This document shows, in pieces, positions 51,875-63,839 of a DNA stretch of 64,000 bases. The DNA is taken from the NCBI GenBank assembly GCA_963796685.1, contig CAWCMR010000018.1, positions 1 to 64,000 of the forward strand, written 5' to 3'. How positions within the stretch are numbered: position 1 is the stretch's first letter; every line of letters starts with the position of its first letter. Position numbers and translations under genes: made by a program. The stretch is from an uncultured delta proteobacterium (GTDB lineage: Bacteria > Myxococcota_A > Polyangia > Fen-1088). The notes beneath the pieces were generated by a model. The model worked only from the letters and a program-made list of their open reading frames with translations, was not told the origin of the DNA and searched no databases.

Positions 51875-53879
51875 TCACGCCGCCTGCTGGACGCTGCGAA
51901 GCAGCGCCGGGACGTCCACGATGAGGGCCAAGGTTCCATCGCCGAGAATGGTTGCCCCCGACAACCCGCGTACGTTCTGGTACATCCGGCCGAGCGACTT
52001 GATCACGGTTTGGTGCTGTCCCACGACCCCATCCACGACGAACCCGAAGCGCTTCCCTTCGACCGTCGTGACGGCAACCTGCTCGATGGCCGGCCTCTCA
52101 CCCGTGCTGCCGAAGCAATCGCGAAGCCGGATGTAGGGAACGAGCTCGCCCCGGACATTGGCCAGGCGATTGTCGTGAGAGCGCTCGATATCGCGAGCGG
52201 TCAGCTCCACACACTCCTCGACCAGCGACATGGGCAAGACGAACTTCCCTTCTCCGACCGCGACCAAGAGACCTTCGATGATGGCCAGGGTAAGCGGTAA
52301 CTGCAGGCGAAAGGTGGTTCCCTTTCCGAGCTCGCTCGTGATCGAGATCTGGCCGCGCAGGGCTTCCACGGATCGCTTCACCACGTCCATGCCGACGCCG
52401 CGGCCCGAAACATTCGTGACGGCCTTGGCCAGAGAGAACCCGGGCAGGAAGATCAGCTTGTAGAGCTCTTCGACGGATGGTTTGGCGTTCTCGTCCAGAA
52501 GTCCGGAGGCGATGGCCTTCTTGCGAATGCCGGCCGGGTCCAAGCCCGCCCCGTCATCCCTGATCTCGACGAAGACGTTTTGCCCCGAGTGGTACGCAAG
52601 CAGACGGACGGTTCCGCTGGGATCTTTGCCGGCCCTACGGCGGTTCTCCGGCGATTCGATGCCGTGGTCGCAGCTGTTGCGAATCAGGTGCACCAAAGGA
52701 TCGAAGAGCCGTTCGATGACGGTCTTGTCGAGCTCGGTCTCTGCGCCCTCGGTTTGCAATTGAATGTCCTTGCCGAGGTCGGACGAAAGGTCGTGCACCA
52801 GGCGCTTGAAGCGGACGAAGGTCGTGCCGATGGGGACCATGCGGATGTCGAGGGTGTTGTCGCGCAGCTCGGCGGAGAGACGACCGATGTCTTCCGCAAC
52901 GGAGAAAAGCTGATCGTCCGCGCGGTTCGAGGCCAACTGGGCCAACCTGGCTTGTGCGATGACCAGCTCGCCGACCAAATCGACGAGGCTGTCGAGCTTT
53001 TGCGCCGACACACGAATGCTGGAGGAGCCCTCCGCAGATCGATTCGCGGGAGATGTCTCGAGGGCACGTGTCTGCGCGGGGACGGCGGGTGGCGCGGCGA
53101 GCGCGACAGGGGTGGGTTGGTTCTCGATGGCCGCGCCCGAGGTCCCGCCTTGGGCTGGAAGGACAGGGAAAGTCGAGATGGTCAGATCACATCGATCCTC
53201 GACGAAGATGAAGACGTCGCGAACATCGTTCTCGCTCTTCGTCGTGTGCAGAAGAACGTCGAATTTCAGGTAGCACGTCTCTGGATCGAGATCCTCCAGG
53301 CAAGGGAATGAGTCGAAATTCGTGGTCGTGCGACACGATCCCAGGTCGTTCAGCTCGGCGAGGATGCCGAGCGGATTGCTGCCGTTCTGGAAGTAGTCGG
53401 AATGCGGAATCCAGGCGATGCGAACCTGGGATATCGCCGGGCGGGCGTTGACCCGATCGGGTTCGCGTGGGAGGGGCGGCGCCTCCGGGGTGAGTGCCGG
53501 AGCCTGCCCCAAGATGGCCTGGAAGGAGGAATGCAAGCGCTCTCTCGCATCCGGGGGGACCGTGGCGAGCGGGTCGAGCAAGGACCGGATGAGATCCTTG
53601 GTCGCCAAGGTCAACGCGATGATATCAGGGGTGGCTTGCAGCTTGCCCTGGCGAATCTGCACGAAGACGGCTTCGACCTCGTGCGCGACCGCGGCGATGG
53701 TGTCGAACCCGGCCATGGCGCCCGAGCCCTTGATGGTGTGCAGGGCGCGGAATGCCTGGGAGATCAGCTCCGGATCCTGGGGCCGTTGCTCGAGCTTCGA
53801 GGAGGGTGTTTTCCAGCACGGCCAGATGCTCGGCCGCCTCTTCGCGGAACATGCTTTCCAGTTGATCGTTGCTACCCAC
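51875..53879 (-). CDS. cheA: chemotaxis histidine kinase CheA (frameshift near 53790)
   Basis: Hpt FRALHTIKG, LVDLVGELVI, HLIRNSCDHGIE, SGRGVGMDVV, CheW domain. Confidence 0.95.
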
Positions 53880-53888
53880 GGAACCGTC

Positions 53889-54254
53889 CTATCCGATGAT
53901 GCGTTTGACGACTGAAAGCAGCTGCTCGGGCGTGAATGGCTTCACCATCCAGGCCGTAGCACCGGCACTTTTTCCCTCTTGCTTCTTGGAATCTTTGGAC
54001 TCGGTGGTGATCATCACGACTGGCGTCAGGCGATGCTTCGCGCTGGCACGAACCTGCTTGATGAGGGACACACCATCGATATCGGGCATGTTCAGATCGG
54101 TCAGAATCAGATTGAACGTAGCGGTTTCCATCTTGCCGATGGCCTCCTTGCCCCCGTTCGCGGAGGAGACTTCGTATCCGGCCTTCGCGAGCACCGTCTC
54201 TTCCACCTGGCGGATCACCGCCGAATCGTCAACGACCAGTATCTTCTTTGCCAT
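53889..54254 (-). CDS. cheY: chemotaxis response regulator CheY
   Basis: ILVVDDS, LTDLNMP, TTES, WMVKPF. Confidence 0.95.
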   Translation of the reverse strand: MAKKILVVDDSAVIRQVEETVLAKAGYEVSSANGGKEAIGKMETATFNLILTDLNMPDIDGVSLIKQVRASAKHRLTPVVMITTESKDSKKQEGKSAGATAWMVKPFTPEQLLSVVKRIIG

Positions 54255-54537
54255 GGCTGAAATCCCCTTGGTTCCAATCCTGCTCGGCGAGCCCCAACAG
54301 GCGCAGACCGGCCCCAACCACCGGCCCGTGAAGCTCCGTGGGAAAGCGGATTGGAATCTTGGCGTTGGCCGCGCTTCGCAAAGCAGCAAGAAGAACTTGG
54401 AGTCCCGCAGCATCGACCTCGGTCACCTGCCTGGTGTCGAGCTCCAGGTCGCCCGCACCGGCCAGTGCGCGCAGAAGCCTCTGTTTGGCCTCGGCGGCGG
54501 CCCCTATGGTGAGATCGCCTGTCAAATGACATTGCAT
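54229..54537 (-). CDS. STAS domain protein
   Basis: LTGDLTI, VTEVDAAGLQVL. Confidence 0.85.
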   Translation of the reverse strand: MQCHLTGDLTIGAAAEAKQRLLRALAGAGDLELDTRQVTEVDAAGLQVLLAALRSAANAKIPIRFPTELHGPVVGAGLRLLGLAEQDWNQGDFSHGKEDTGR

Positions 54538-54576
54538 GGAATCGTGTCGCTCCTGTGAGGAATGGGCTGCGCTCCG

Positions 54577-56349
54577 TTAGAAGAACTCGATCGATCCTTC
54601 CGATGACGTCTCATCGACAGGTTTTGGAATTTCCACAGTCGAGGTCTGCACATGACCATCACTGAGCGCAGAGCGTTGAACCTGCCGCTCTTGTTCCATG
54701 GTGTGACGGCGATTCTCGGCGTGCAAACGACTGGCTGGGGGCCGTGCGCCGCCGGCCCCGGATACGGCTTGTCGGTGGATGTCGGAAAGGTCCTTCGAGA
54801 CGGTCCGGAGTCGTTTGGTCTCTGCCGTCAATCGGTGGAGATCATCGCTGATCGCCGCGACCTCTGAACGAAGGTCGCTGCTGCCGGCAAGAAGCAGGTC
54901 GACGGCCCTGGCGAGCGACGACTGATAATTCCCCAGATTCGTCATCAACCTATCCAAGTCTGCCGCCACGTCATCACCACCACGAGCCGATGCCTTCCCG
55001 ACAGCAGAAGAATTCACCAATAAGCCCGCTTCATTTCCAACCGACTCCATGATGGTGGCTGCGGACGACGTGAAGACTTGGATCTGATCCGAGATGTCTT
55101 GAATTTCCCGGGCCAGCACCGTCAGCGTTATTCCCGCTTGGCCGATGTGGACGGCCTTCACCATGGCGTTCAGACCAATGAACCTGGCGTCCCGACCTAG
55201 CCTGGCGACCTCGTCGACCAGCGTTTCTATCCCGGTGGCGGTGTCGGCGACCTTGCGGAGGGCCTGCAGCATGGAAGCCTCTTGCGCGTCATGCGCACGC
55301 AGTGCTTGGGTCGTGGTACGGATGCCGTGCTCCAACTGATGAAGAATCGAGCTGTTGCTACTCTTTCCCGAAAAGCTCGAGCTTTCCTTGGCCAATGCAG
55401 TCAGTGCGGACACGATCGCGAGGAGGCTGCTATCGATTTGGGACAGCCCGGTGACCAGACGGTCGCACGCGTTTTCAAGCTGCGCCGCCTCCACGTGGCT
55501 CACAATCGCAAGCTCGGCCAACCACGAACGAGGATCGTCACCGGTCCCGGAGGCATCGATTGCCTCTTGCGCACTGACGGCGAACTCCTCCAGATTCTGG
55601 ACGACGTGCTCGAACATCTGGCGGGCGATATCCTGGATTTGCAAAGACTGCAGAACCTTTCCGATACTGGACCGCACCTTGGCCACGCTTTCGGTAGACT
55701 TGTTGGCCAAGGCGTACGAGGTGTTGCAGGCTTCCGACATGCCGGCCATGTGGGTCCGGGTCTCCTTGCGGAAGGTCGTGACATCGCGTCGATGGCGATC
55801 GAGGAAGGTCCGAGCATGTCCCAGCGCAGACTGGACCGTCGTACGCACCTCCCGGCCATGGGACAAGACCTCGCTGAATTTCGGTTTGATCTGCACAGCC
55901 ATGGCACGCAGATCGCTGACCACGCTGTCGAATCCGGTCTGTCCCGTGCTCCTTCGAGAATTCTCCAAATGCGTGGTCGACGCCAGGGCAAACAGAGTGG
56001 CCACAATCCTTTGGAACTCGCCATCGAGGGACGACAGGTTCTCGATGGCCGCCAGGACCGCCGACAGGGTTTGCAGCCCCTTCTCGGTGTCTGACTGTCC
56101 ATGCTCGAGGTGTCGATCGAGCTCGGCAAGCCCCTGGCGCAGACTCTCGGCCGGATTGTCGGTGTCGTCTCCCATACGGGTAGCGCTCGAGGATTCGGTC
56201 AAGATCCGATTGGAATCGTCCTCGAGGTGCTGGAGCTTGGCGCCGGTCTCCAGGAATACCTTTTCGGAATCGGACATGAACCGAGTGAGGCCGGCCGCCA
56301 TGGCCTGAAAGCGATGGATGGCCGACTTGAGCGACTCCGTTGCGTCCAT
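54577..56349 (-). CDS. soluble chemoreceptor-like coiled-coil protein
   Basis: No TM; two degenerate MCP hairpin-tip motifs and an LQIQDIARQ motif; C-terminal IEFF. Confidence 0.75.
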   Translation of the reverse strand: MDATESLKSAIHRFQAMAAGLTRFMSDSEKVFLETGAKLQHLEDDSNRILTESSSATRMGDDTDNPAESLRQGLAELDRHLEHGQSDTEKGLQTLSAVLAAIENLSSLDGEFQRIVATLFALASTTHLENSRRSTGQTGFDSVVSDLRAMAVQIKPKFSEVLSHGREVRTTVQSALGHARTFLDRHRRDVTTFRKETRTHMAGMSEACNTSYALANKSTESVAKVRSSIGKVLQSLQIQDIARQMFEHVVQNLEEFAVSAQEAIDASGTGDDPRSWLAELAIVSHVEAAQLENACDRLVTGLSQIDSSLLAIVSALTALAKESSSFSGKSSNSSILHQLEHGIRTTTQALRAHDAQEASMLQALRKVADTATGIETLVDEVARLGRDARFIGLNAMVKAVHIGQAGITLTVLAREIQDISDQIQVFTSSAATIMESVGNEAGLLVNSSAVGKASARGGDDVAADLDRLMTNLGNYQSSLARAVDLLLAGSSDLRSEVAAISDDLHRLTAETKRLRTVSKDLSDIHRQAVSGAGGARPPASRLHAENRRHTMEQERQVQRSALSDGHVQTSTVEIPKPVDETSSEGSIEFF

Positions 56350-56397
56350 GGTCTGTCTGGTGGCGACTGGAATGCGCCGCTTGCATTCCGAAAACGA

Positions 56398-56916
56398 CTA
56401 GGCGTTCGGCCCTTCCGGGGTTGACGGGCTGACCGGTGCCGTTGCGCTCGACGAACGAAGCTCGCTCGCGGTGAAGACCTTGTCGAGGTCCAGGATCATG
56501 ATGAATTGCTCCTCGCGCTTCCCCATTCCTCGAATGACCGCCGCATCGACACGGCTTCCCATGTGTGGCGGAGGCGCGACGTTACTGGCGTCCAGATCGA
56601 TGACCTCTTGAACGGAGTCGACGAGCGCACCCAGAACGGTGCGCTCGCCATCCACCGCAACCTCGGAGATGACGACACAGGTGTCGACCGTCTTCTCGGT
56701 CATGGTCAGGCCGAGCTTCAGCCTCATGTCGACCACGGGGACGACATTGCCTCGCAGGTTGATGACCCCACGCATGAAGTCCGGCATTCGTGGCACCTTG
56801 GTCATGCTGGTGAACTCGAGGACCTCCCGCACCTTGCCGATGTCCACGGCGAAAAGCTCTTGGTCGAGCTTGAAGGTCAGGTATTGCGAGGTCGAGCTGT
56901 CGCCTTGTTTCTCCAT
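56398..56916 (-). CDS. cheW: chemotaxis coupling protein CheW
   Basis: QYLTF, GVINLRGNVVPVVD, LVDSVQEV. Confidence 0.96.
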   Translation of the reverse strand: MEKQGDSSTSQYLTFKLDQELFAVDIGKVREVLEFTSMTKVPRMPDFMRGVINLRGNVVPVVDMRLKLGLTMTEKTVDTCVVISEVAVDGERTVLGALVDSVQEVIDLDASNVAPPPHMGSRVDAAVIRGMGKREEQFIMILDLDKVFTASELRSSSATAPVSPSTPEGPNA

Positions 56917-56918
56917 GG

Positions 56919-58734
56919 TTACCCCTCCGGTGTGGAGAACTCCTCGAATCCTGCGTCCTCTGCGTCGGTTCCGAGGTTGAGGGTCAGCCCCTTGCCGTTG
57001 CTGCCATTGCGCTTGGGTTGGGGAGTGCTGGCAGGTGCTGCGTGGGGGGGCGTCAGGACCACGGGGCGGCTCTTCTTCTTCAGGTGAGTCGGGGTCACAG
57101 GGATGCCGGAGGAGCCATTGACCCTGAAGAACGCAATGGCGGTTTGGAGTTGTGCGGCCTGGCTGGCCAGCTCTTCGGAGGTCGAGCTGGTCTCTTCGGA
57201 GCCCGAGGCGTTCTGTTGAATCACCTGGTCCAACTGCTGAATGGCCTTGTTGATCTGGGCCGCGCCGCTGTCTTGCTCACGGCTTGCCGCCGTGATCTCT
57301 TGCACCAATTCCGAGGTCTTCTGCACGTCGGGAAGGATCTTGGACAGAAGCTCGCCGGCCTTTTCGGCAACCTTAACACTCGACCCGGACAACTCGGTGA
57401 TCTCGCCGGCCGCCTTTTGACTGCGTTCGGCAAGCTTGCGTACCTCCGACGCCACGACCGCGAACCCCCTGCCGTGCTCGCCCGCGCGCGCGGCCTCGAT
57501 GGCCGCGTTCAGGGCTAGAAGGTTGGTCTGTCGGGCGATCTCCTCGATGATGGAAATCTTGCTGGCGATTTGTTTCATCGCATCCACCGTGCGCGCCACG
57601 GCGTCGCCGCCCTCCTTGGCGTCCGAGGCAGCCTTGAGCGCGATCTTCTCCGTCTGCATGGCATTGTCGGCGTTCTGCTTGATGTTCGAGCTCATCTCCT
57701 CCATGGAGGACGAAATCTCCTCGATCGAAGACGCTTGCTCGGTGGATCCTTGGCTGAGCTGCTGGGAAGACTCGCTGAGCTGCTCCGAGCCGGCGGCCAC
57801 GTTGTCCGCCGAGCCCTTCACTTCGATGACCACCTCGGAGAGCTTCTTCACCATCTCGGCCAACGCCTTCATCAACGTGTCGCTCTCCGAGCGCGGACGT
57901 ACGTCGACCAGGAGATTGCCGCCTGCAATCTCCTGGGCCATCCGGGTCACCTCCTGCAGGCTCTTGACCGTGGTGTCCATGGTGCGAAGCAGTTGTCCGG
58001 CTTCGTCTCGACCGGCGTCTTCGATCTTCATCGAGAGAATCGCCTTGGGCAAGACGCTCGGCGACGTTGACACCCGTTCTGAGTGCGCGGCCAATCGTCT
58101 TGGCGATGACCAGGGCCAGCGCGATGCCGAGCAGGGCGCTCAGGACCATGACGACCGAGATGAGGATACGGGCGCTCTTGTAGATGCTCTCGGCGTGTCG
58201 AGTGGATTCCGCGGAGCCTTTGGCGCTGAGCTCGATGTTCTGCTGGAGAGCTTCCATGGTCTCATCGAATGGCTTGAGCGCCCCTGCATTGATGGTGGTC
58301 GCTTCCTGTTTCTTCAGGGCTTGGCTCAGGCTCAAGACCTGGTGATGAATCTCCACGTACGATGCCCAGGAGGACCGCATCTTGTCGAAGAGCCTGCGCT
58401 CCTCGTCGCTCGAGATGAGCTTCTCGTACTTGGCCTCTGCGTCCTTGAGGTCGGCTGCCGCTTGATCGATCAGCCGTTCGTAGCGAGCCATCTTGTCCTT
58501 GTCGGTCACCAAGATGTGGGCGAGATCGGCTCTGCGAAACAGGTTGATGGCCATGGATATCTTGCCGAGCGCCTGTACGCTGGGCAACCAGGTTCCCGAG
58601 ATCTCGTTACTCACATCGTTGACCTTGGAGAGCTGGATGACCGAGAACACCCCGAGGAGCGCCGTCATCGCCACCACCGAGAGTACGGTGAACATCAACT
58701 TCATTCCGATCTTCAGGTTCTTGAAGAATTCCAT
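56919..58734 (-). CDS. methyl-accepting chemotaxis protein (4HB sensor; frameshift near 58035)
   Basis: TM-4HB-TM in ORF 57373..58734; signalling [31 protein letters not shown] in ORF 56919..58094; GFEEF tether-like tail. Confidence 0.93.
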
Positions 58735-58791
58735 CGTGCCTATCCTTCCTGTCTCAGTCCTCTGTTGGTCTCGCCTGCCCGCAGCAGGGGA

Positions 58792-58818
58792 TGATCGGTG
58801 GACGATGCATAAACTTTA
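58792..58818 (-). promoter_or_regulatory. putative sigma28 promoter of the leftward che operon
   Basis: TAAA-N15-ACCGATCA. Confidence 0.6.
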
Positions 58819-58838
58819 GGAGAAGGGCTCAGATCGGC

Positions 58839-58866
58839 TCAAGCCTGCCTTCCAAAATGCCGATGG
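58839..58866 (+). promoter_or_regulatory. putative sigma28 promoter of cheD
   Basis: TCAAG-N15-GCCGATGG. Confidence 0.45.
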
Positions 58867-58882
58867 GGGACTTGGGTGTAAG

Positions 58883-59437
58883 GTGTCAGAGTTATCGAAA
58901 CGCTTGTTGGGGTCGACACTGCCAGCTCCCGATGCACGCAAGCGAGTGCCGCTTGCCATCGGAAGTGTGGTCGTTGCCAAGACTCCGTCCGTCGTGCGGA
59001 CCGTCCTCGGCTCGTGTGTCGCGGCCATCCTCCACGTTCCCCGCCTGCGTATCTCGGCCCTGTGCCATGGCCAAATGCCTGAGCGACACAGCGATGGACG
59101 GTGCCGCGATTCCTGCCCGGGACCTTGCACGGTCGACGTGCCTGACGCGAATGAGCTCAAGTACGTTGCGTGCTGTATTCGCTATATGCTGCGCGAGTTG
59201 CGCCGGCTCCGGGTCACAAGAAGGGAGATCGTCGCCACGGTTGTGGGGGGGGCAAACGTGGTGAGGAACATCGATTTGCGCTGGTCGGTCGGAAGTCGAA
59301 ACGTTGCCGTTGCAATGGCGTTGCTTGAAAGGGAGGGGATTGCGGTCTCCTACTCCGATACAGGTGGGACCAGGGGTAGGGTTATCGAGCACGTTTCGGA
59401 CCTGAATCGAACGAAAATCCGGTACCACGAGGAATGA
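58883..59437 (+). CDS. cheD: chemoreceptor deamidase CheD
   Basis: TVLGSCV..CH, VGGAN, VGSRN, DTGGTRGR. Confidence 0.88.
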   Translation: MSELSKRLLGSTLPAPDARKRVPLAIGSVVVAKTPSVVRTVLGSCVAAILHVPRLRISALCHGQMPERHSDGRCRDSCPGPCTVDVPDANELKYVACCIRYMLRELRRLRVTRREIVATVVGGANVVRNIDLRWSVGSRNVAVAMALLEREGIAVSYSDTGGTRGRVIEHVSDLNRTKIRYHEE

Positions 59438-59441
59438 AGCG

Positions 59442-60137
59442 ATGTCTGTACGGGTATTTGAAACAGGGTTAAACCATGTCGCTGAAGGATTGGCCTCATT
59501 GTGCGCGCCGACGCCCGACGCCATCGAACAACTCGCAAACGATTTGCGAAGACTTGCCCTTGCCTCGTCACGGTTGGGCCATGCTGCACTGGTCACGGCC
59601 GCCCAGGAGGCGGAAACGAGCGCACGTTCCATGATGATCAGCGCGGAGGGCGCCCACGTCGCCTGTGCGCGCTCTCTCTATCAATTGGGCGACATCCTTC
59701 TTCTCGAGCTGCTCCACCAGGCGGAAAGCAAGAGAGTCTTCGTGGAGTCTCGTTGGTTCCTCGAAAGGAAGATCCTCGTGGTCGACGACAGTCGCGTCTC
59801 TGCCGTCGCGCTGTCCAATGCGTTCGCGGCTCGTGACTTCATGGTACGATCGGTAGCGACGATGGAGGAAGCCCTCACAGAGCTCAGCTCGTTCTCCCCC
59901 ACCATTCTCGTCAGCGACGTCCACATGCCGAACCTGGATGTTGCTGTCCTGTGTCGCACCTTCCGAGAGTTGTCCCATGGCCGCCCAACTCGCATCGCGT
60001 TGGTATCGGGTACGACCGGAGACGAGCTGCAGATCCGTCTGGACGAAGTCAAGCCGGACGCTTTCGTGCCCAAGATGGCCGGAACAGCATCCGTGGTCCA
60101 ACGGGTTCTTGAGATGTGGGACGCAATGAACGAGTGA
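59442..60137 (+). CDS. response regulator with N-terminal helical (Hpt-like) domain
   Basis: ILVVDDS, VSDVHMP, FVPK. Confidence 0.82.
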   Translation: MSVRVFETGLNHVAEGLASLCAPTPDAIEQLANDLRRLALASSRLGHAALVTAAQEAETSARSMMISAEGAHVACARSLYQLGDILLLELLHQAESKRVFVESRWFLERKILVVDDSRVSAVALSNAFAARDFMVRSVATMEEALTELSSFSPTILVSDVHMPNLDVAVLCRTFRELSHGRPTRIALVSGTTGDELQIRLDEVKPDAFVPKMAGTASVVQRVLEMWDAMNE

Positions 60138-60249
60138 GGCGGTCGATCCTATCGTCGCGTGGGGTGCGTCGTTCCGATCTGTTGGTTTCAGCTACGTGTG
60201 CGCGATGGTCGCGGCCGGGGCAGTGTCGGTAAGGCGTGAGAATTCCAAC

Positions 60250-60277
60250 TCAAGAACGCCGTCAGACTTTCCGATGT
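60250..60277 (+). promoter_or_regulatory. putative sigma28 promoter of the second che operon
   Basis: TCAAG-N15-TCCGATGT. Confidence 0.45.
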
Positions 60278-60335
60278 GAAGAGGCGTGATTGGATTTGAT
60301 CTTCCCCGCTGTCGGCGGGTGTCGAGGAGCTTGGA

Positions 60336-60649
60336 TGAGCCGCTTTTTGCTGGAGCGTGAGGGCTCTAAGGTCACGGTGACGGTGGGACCGGAGTTGGCG
60401 GTTTCCTGCGTGCCCGAGCTGCGCGAGCTTCTGTGTGCGGTCCAAGACGATGGGGTGCGGGATCTGGTGCTGGACTTCTCCAAGACCGTGTTTCTGGACA
60501 CCGCCGGGCTCAGTTTGTTGCTCGCCACCTGCAATGGATTTTCCCAGAGCGGCCGCTCCCTGAAACTCGCAGGGGTGCAGCCTTCGATCTTCCTCTTGCT
60601 CCAGACGCTTCGCCTGGACGAACGCCTGAACGCAGAGATGGGGTCATGA
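60336..60649 (+). CDS. STAS / anti-sigma factor antagonist
   Basis: LVLDFSKTVFLDTAGLSLL. Confidence 0.85.
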
Positions 60650-60661
60650 GGCGTGGGTCCC

Positions 60662-63600
60662 ATGGATGATGAGATTCTGAAAGAGTTCGTCGCCGAGGCG
60701 CGCGAGCACCTTGCAACCATCGAGACCGATCTTCTCGCCATCGAGGACAGTGGCGCCGATATCGACGAGGATCGGGTCAACAAGGTCTTTCGCGCGGCCC
60801 ATTCCATCAAAGGGGCAAGTGGCTTCTTCGGCCTCGACAAGATCAAGGAGCTGGCCCACAAGGCGGAGACAGTCCTCGACCTGATCCGCTCGCGCAAGCT
60901 ATCGCCCAACGCGGAGATCACCAACCTGCTCCTCGGCGCGTTCGACAAATTGCGGGAAATGGTGAACGACCCGGGCCGAAGCGAGTCGGCGGACACGCAG
61001 AGCTTTCTGGCCGGCCTGGTCAGCCTGGCGCAGTCGAGCGACCCGCGCCCCCATCCCGCTCTCATCGGAACGATCGTCAGCGCCACGGGCACCGAGTTGC
61101 CGGTCATCGTCCAGGACGACACCGTCGAGCTTCCCAAGGCCAAGCCGACAAGCACGCCGAGCTACGTCTACGAGGTAGAAGCTCGATCTGTTTGCCGACG
61201 TGGAAAAGCAGGGTAGGACCCTGAGCGAATTCATCGACGATTTGCGCAGTGCCGGGGAAATCGTGGATTGCAGCGTCGATGGTGACGGTCCAGGATCCCT
61301 GGAATCGCCGGGCGGCAGGAAGCTGCCCACCAAGATGACGTTTTCGAGTCGGTCGAAGATCGACGCGACTGCGGCGCCATTCTTCATCAGCAACAACCAG
61401 CTCAAGTTGCTGAGCGGTCCGGCCGAGCCATCGCTTGTGTCCGAGCCCGCAGTCGGGGAGCCTACATCGTCGGCGCCCGTCGTTGCACCCGGTCCTCAGG
61501 AGGCACGGCCGTCGCCCCCTCCGTCGAGGACGACGGGGACCGCGCCCTCGCCCTCCGCCAAGGAAGGCGCCGGCGAGGGCACGCTGCGGGTCAGCGTCCA
61601 GCTGCTCGAGTCGCTGATGAATCTGGCCGGCGAGCTGGTGCTCAGCCGAAACCAGCTGCGCGCGGTCCTGAACCAACACAAGCTTCGCGGGGTACAGGCC
61701 AGCTTCCAGCGCATCAACCTGGTCACGTCCGAATTGCAGGACGCCATCATGCAGACGCGCATGCAACCCATCGGGAACGTATTCGCCAAGTTTCCGCGGG
61801 TCGTGCGCGACATGGCCAGAAATCTCAAAAAGGACATCCAGCTCGACATCCGCGGCAAGGACGTGGGGCTCGACAAGAGTCTGATCGAGGGGCTGTCCGA
61901 TCCCCTGACACACATGGTCCGCAATGCCGCGGATCACGGCATCGAAAGCGTCGAGGAGAGGTTGCGTGTCGGCAAGCGCGCGACCGGCACCTTGCGCATC
62001 GAAGCCCGCCATGAGGCCGGGCAGGTGGTGCTGGAGATCGCGGATGACGGCAAGGGACTCGATCCGGCCAAGATCGCCGCTGCGGCGGTCACGCGCGGGC
62101 TCGTCTCGCCCGAGGCCATGCAAGGCATGTCCGATCAGGAGAAGATGCACCTCATCTTCTTGCCCGGTCTGTCCACCGCCGAGAAGGTCACCGACGTCTC
62201 AGGCCGTGGTGTGGGCATGGACGTGGTCAAGACGAACTTGGCTCGCCTGGGCGGCAAGGTCGACATCGAGTCGGAGGTTGGGCAGGGGACGCTCTTTCGC
62301 ATCAAGCTGCCGCTGACCCTGGCCATCATTCCTTCCTTGGTGGTCAGCGTGAACGACGAGCGCTTCGCCATTCCGCAGATCAGCGTGGTGGAGCTGCTGC
62401 GTATTCGCGCCGAGAAGGTCAAGGAGCGCATCGAGGTCATCGGCGACGCCGAGGTCCTGGTGCTGCGCGACGAGCTCATTCCCATCGTGCGTTTCGCGGA
62501 CCTCCTCGATATCAAGCGCGTGCGTCTCGATTCGGACACGGGCGAAGCCAGCGACGAGCGCCGCGGGCGACTCGCGGACAGGCGGTCTTTCGCCCACGGG
62601 GACGACGGTGCCGCACGAGTGGATGCCATCGAACAGCGACACGGCCGCGATAGGCGACAAAGCGCCAGCAGCGATCTCGAGATCGTCGTCGTCAGCACGG
62701 GCGCCATGAAATACGGCCTGGTCGTTGACTATTTTCTCACCGGCGAGGAGATCGTGGTCAAACCGCTCGGTCGCCACCTCAAGGGACTACCGGAATACGC
62801 CGGGGCCACCATCATGGGCGATGGCACGGTGGCGTTGATCGTCGATGCGGCCGGACTCGCCGCCAAAGCGCAGCTCGCGAACGTGGCCGCGTCGGCCCGC
62901 GAGGACGAGGTCGAGACCACGTCCGAGAAGCTGGTGGAGAATCGCTCGTTCCTGCTCTTCAACAACGGTCGCGAGGAATTGTGCGCCACTCCGCTCGAAA
63001 GCGTGGTGCGCGTGGAGAAGGTGACGCGCAAGCAGGTCGAGAATGTCGGCGGTAAGCGCACCATGCAGTACCGCGGAACCTTTCTGCCCCTGGTCACGCT
63101 TTCGGACGTTGCCCGCGTGGGGAGCATCGACGAGGAGCAAGAGCTGGCGGTCATCGTGGCCAGGCTCGGGGAGCGTGAGGTCGGACTGCTGGCCGCCATG
63201 CCGGTGGACGTGATCGAAACCAAGGCCATCGTCGACACCGTCACCCATCGCCAGACCGGCATCGCCGGCTCGACCATCATGCGCGATAGCACCGTGCTGG
63301 TGGCCGACATCTTCGAGCTTGCGCAAACCATGTTTCCGGAGTGGAGCTTGCAGCGCACTTCGGAAGCGCGGGCGTCGCAATCGAGCTGCGCGGTGGTTCT
63401 GGCCGAGGACTCGGATTTTTTTCGCGCCCAGGTAAAACGCTACCTGGAATCGGGCGGCTTCGCGGTGCTCGAGGCCGAGGACGGCGAAGCGGCATGGAAG
63501 CTTCTGCAGGAGCACGGGGACACGGTCCAGGCCCTGGTGACCGACATCGAGATGCCGAACCTGACCGGCCTGGGGCTGGCTTCGCGCGTGCGCCAGGACG

Positions 63601-63809
63601 CAGTCCTCGGCCACCTGCCCATTCTGGCGCTCACAAGCTTGGCCAGTGAGGAAGACATCGCCAAGGGTAAGGCCGCGGGCGTGGACGACTATCAGATCAA
63701 GCTGGACCGGGACAATCTGCTCACCGCCCTGCGGGCGTTGTTGGCCGCGCGTGGTGTGGACGCGCCGAACGGGCAGGCGGCGGAGCAAACGCAAGACGGC
63801 GCCAGCTAG
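60662..63809 (+). CDS. cheA: hybrid CheA (Hpt-kinase-CheW-CheW-REC), frameshift near 61180
   Basis: FRAAHSIKG, LMNLAGELVL, HMVRNAADHGIE, SGRGVGMDVV, two CheW-like domains, C-terminal LAEDS..VTDIEMP. Confidence 0.92.
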
Positions 63810-63839
63810 TCGACCGGAACGGAAGGAAGCGAGGAAACG

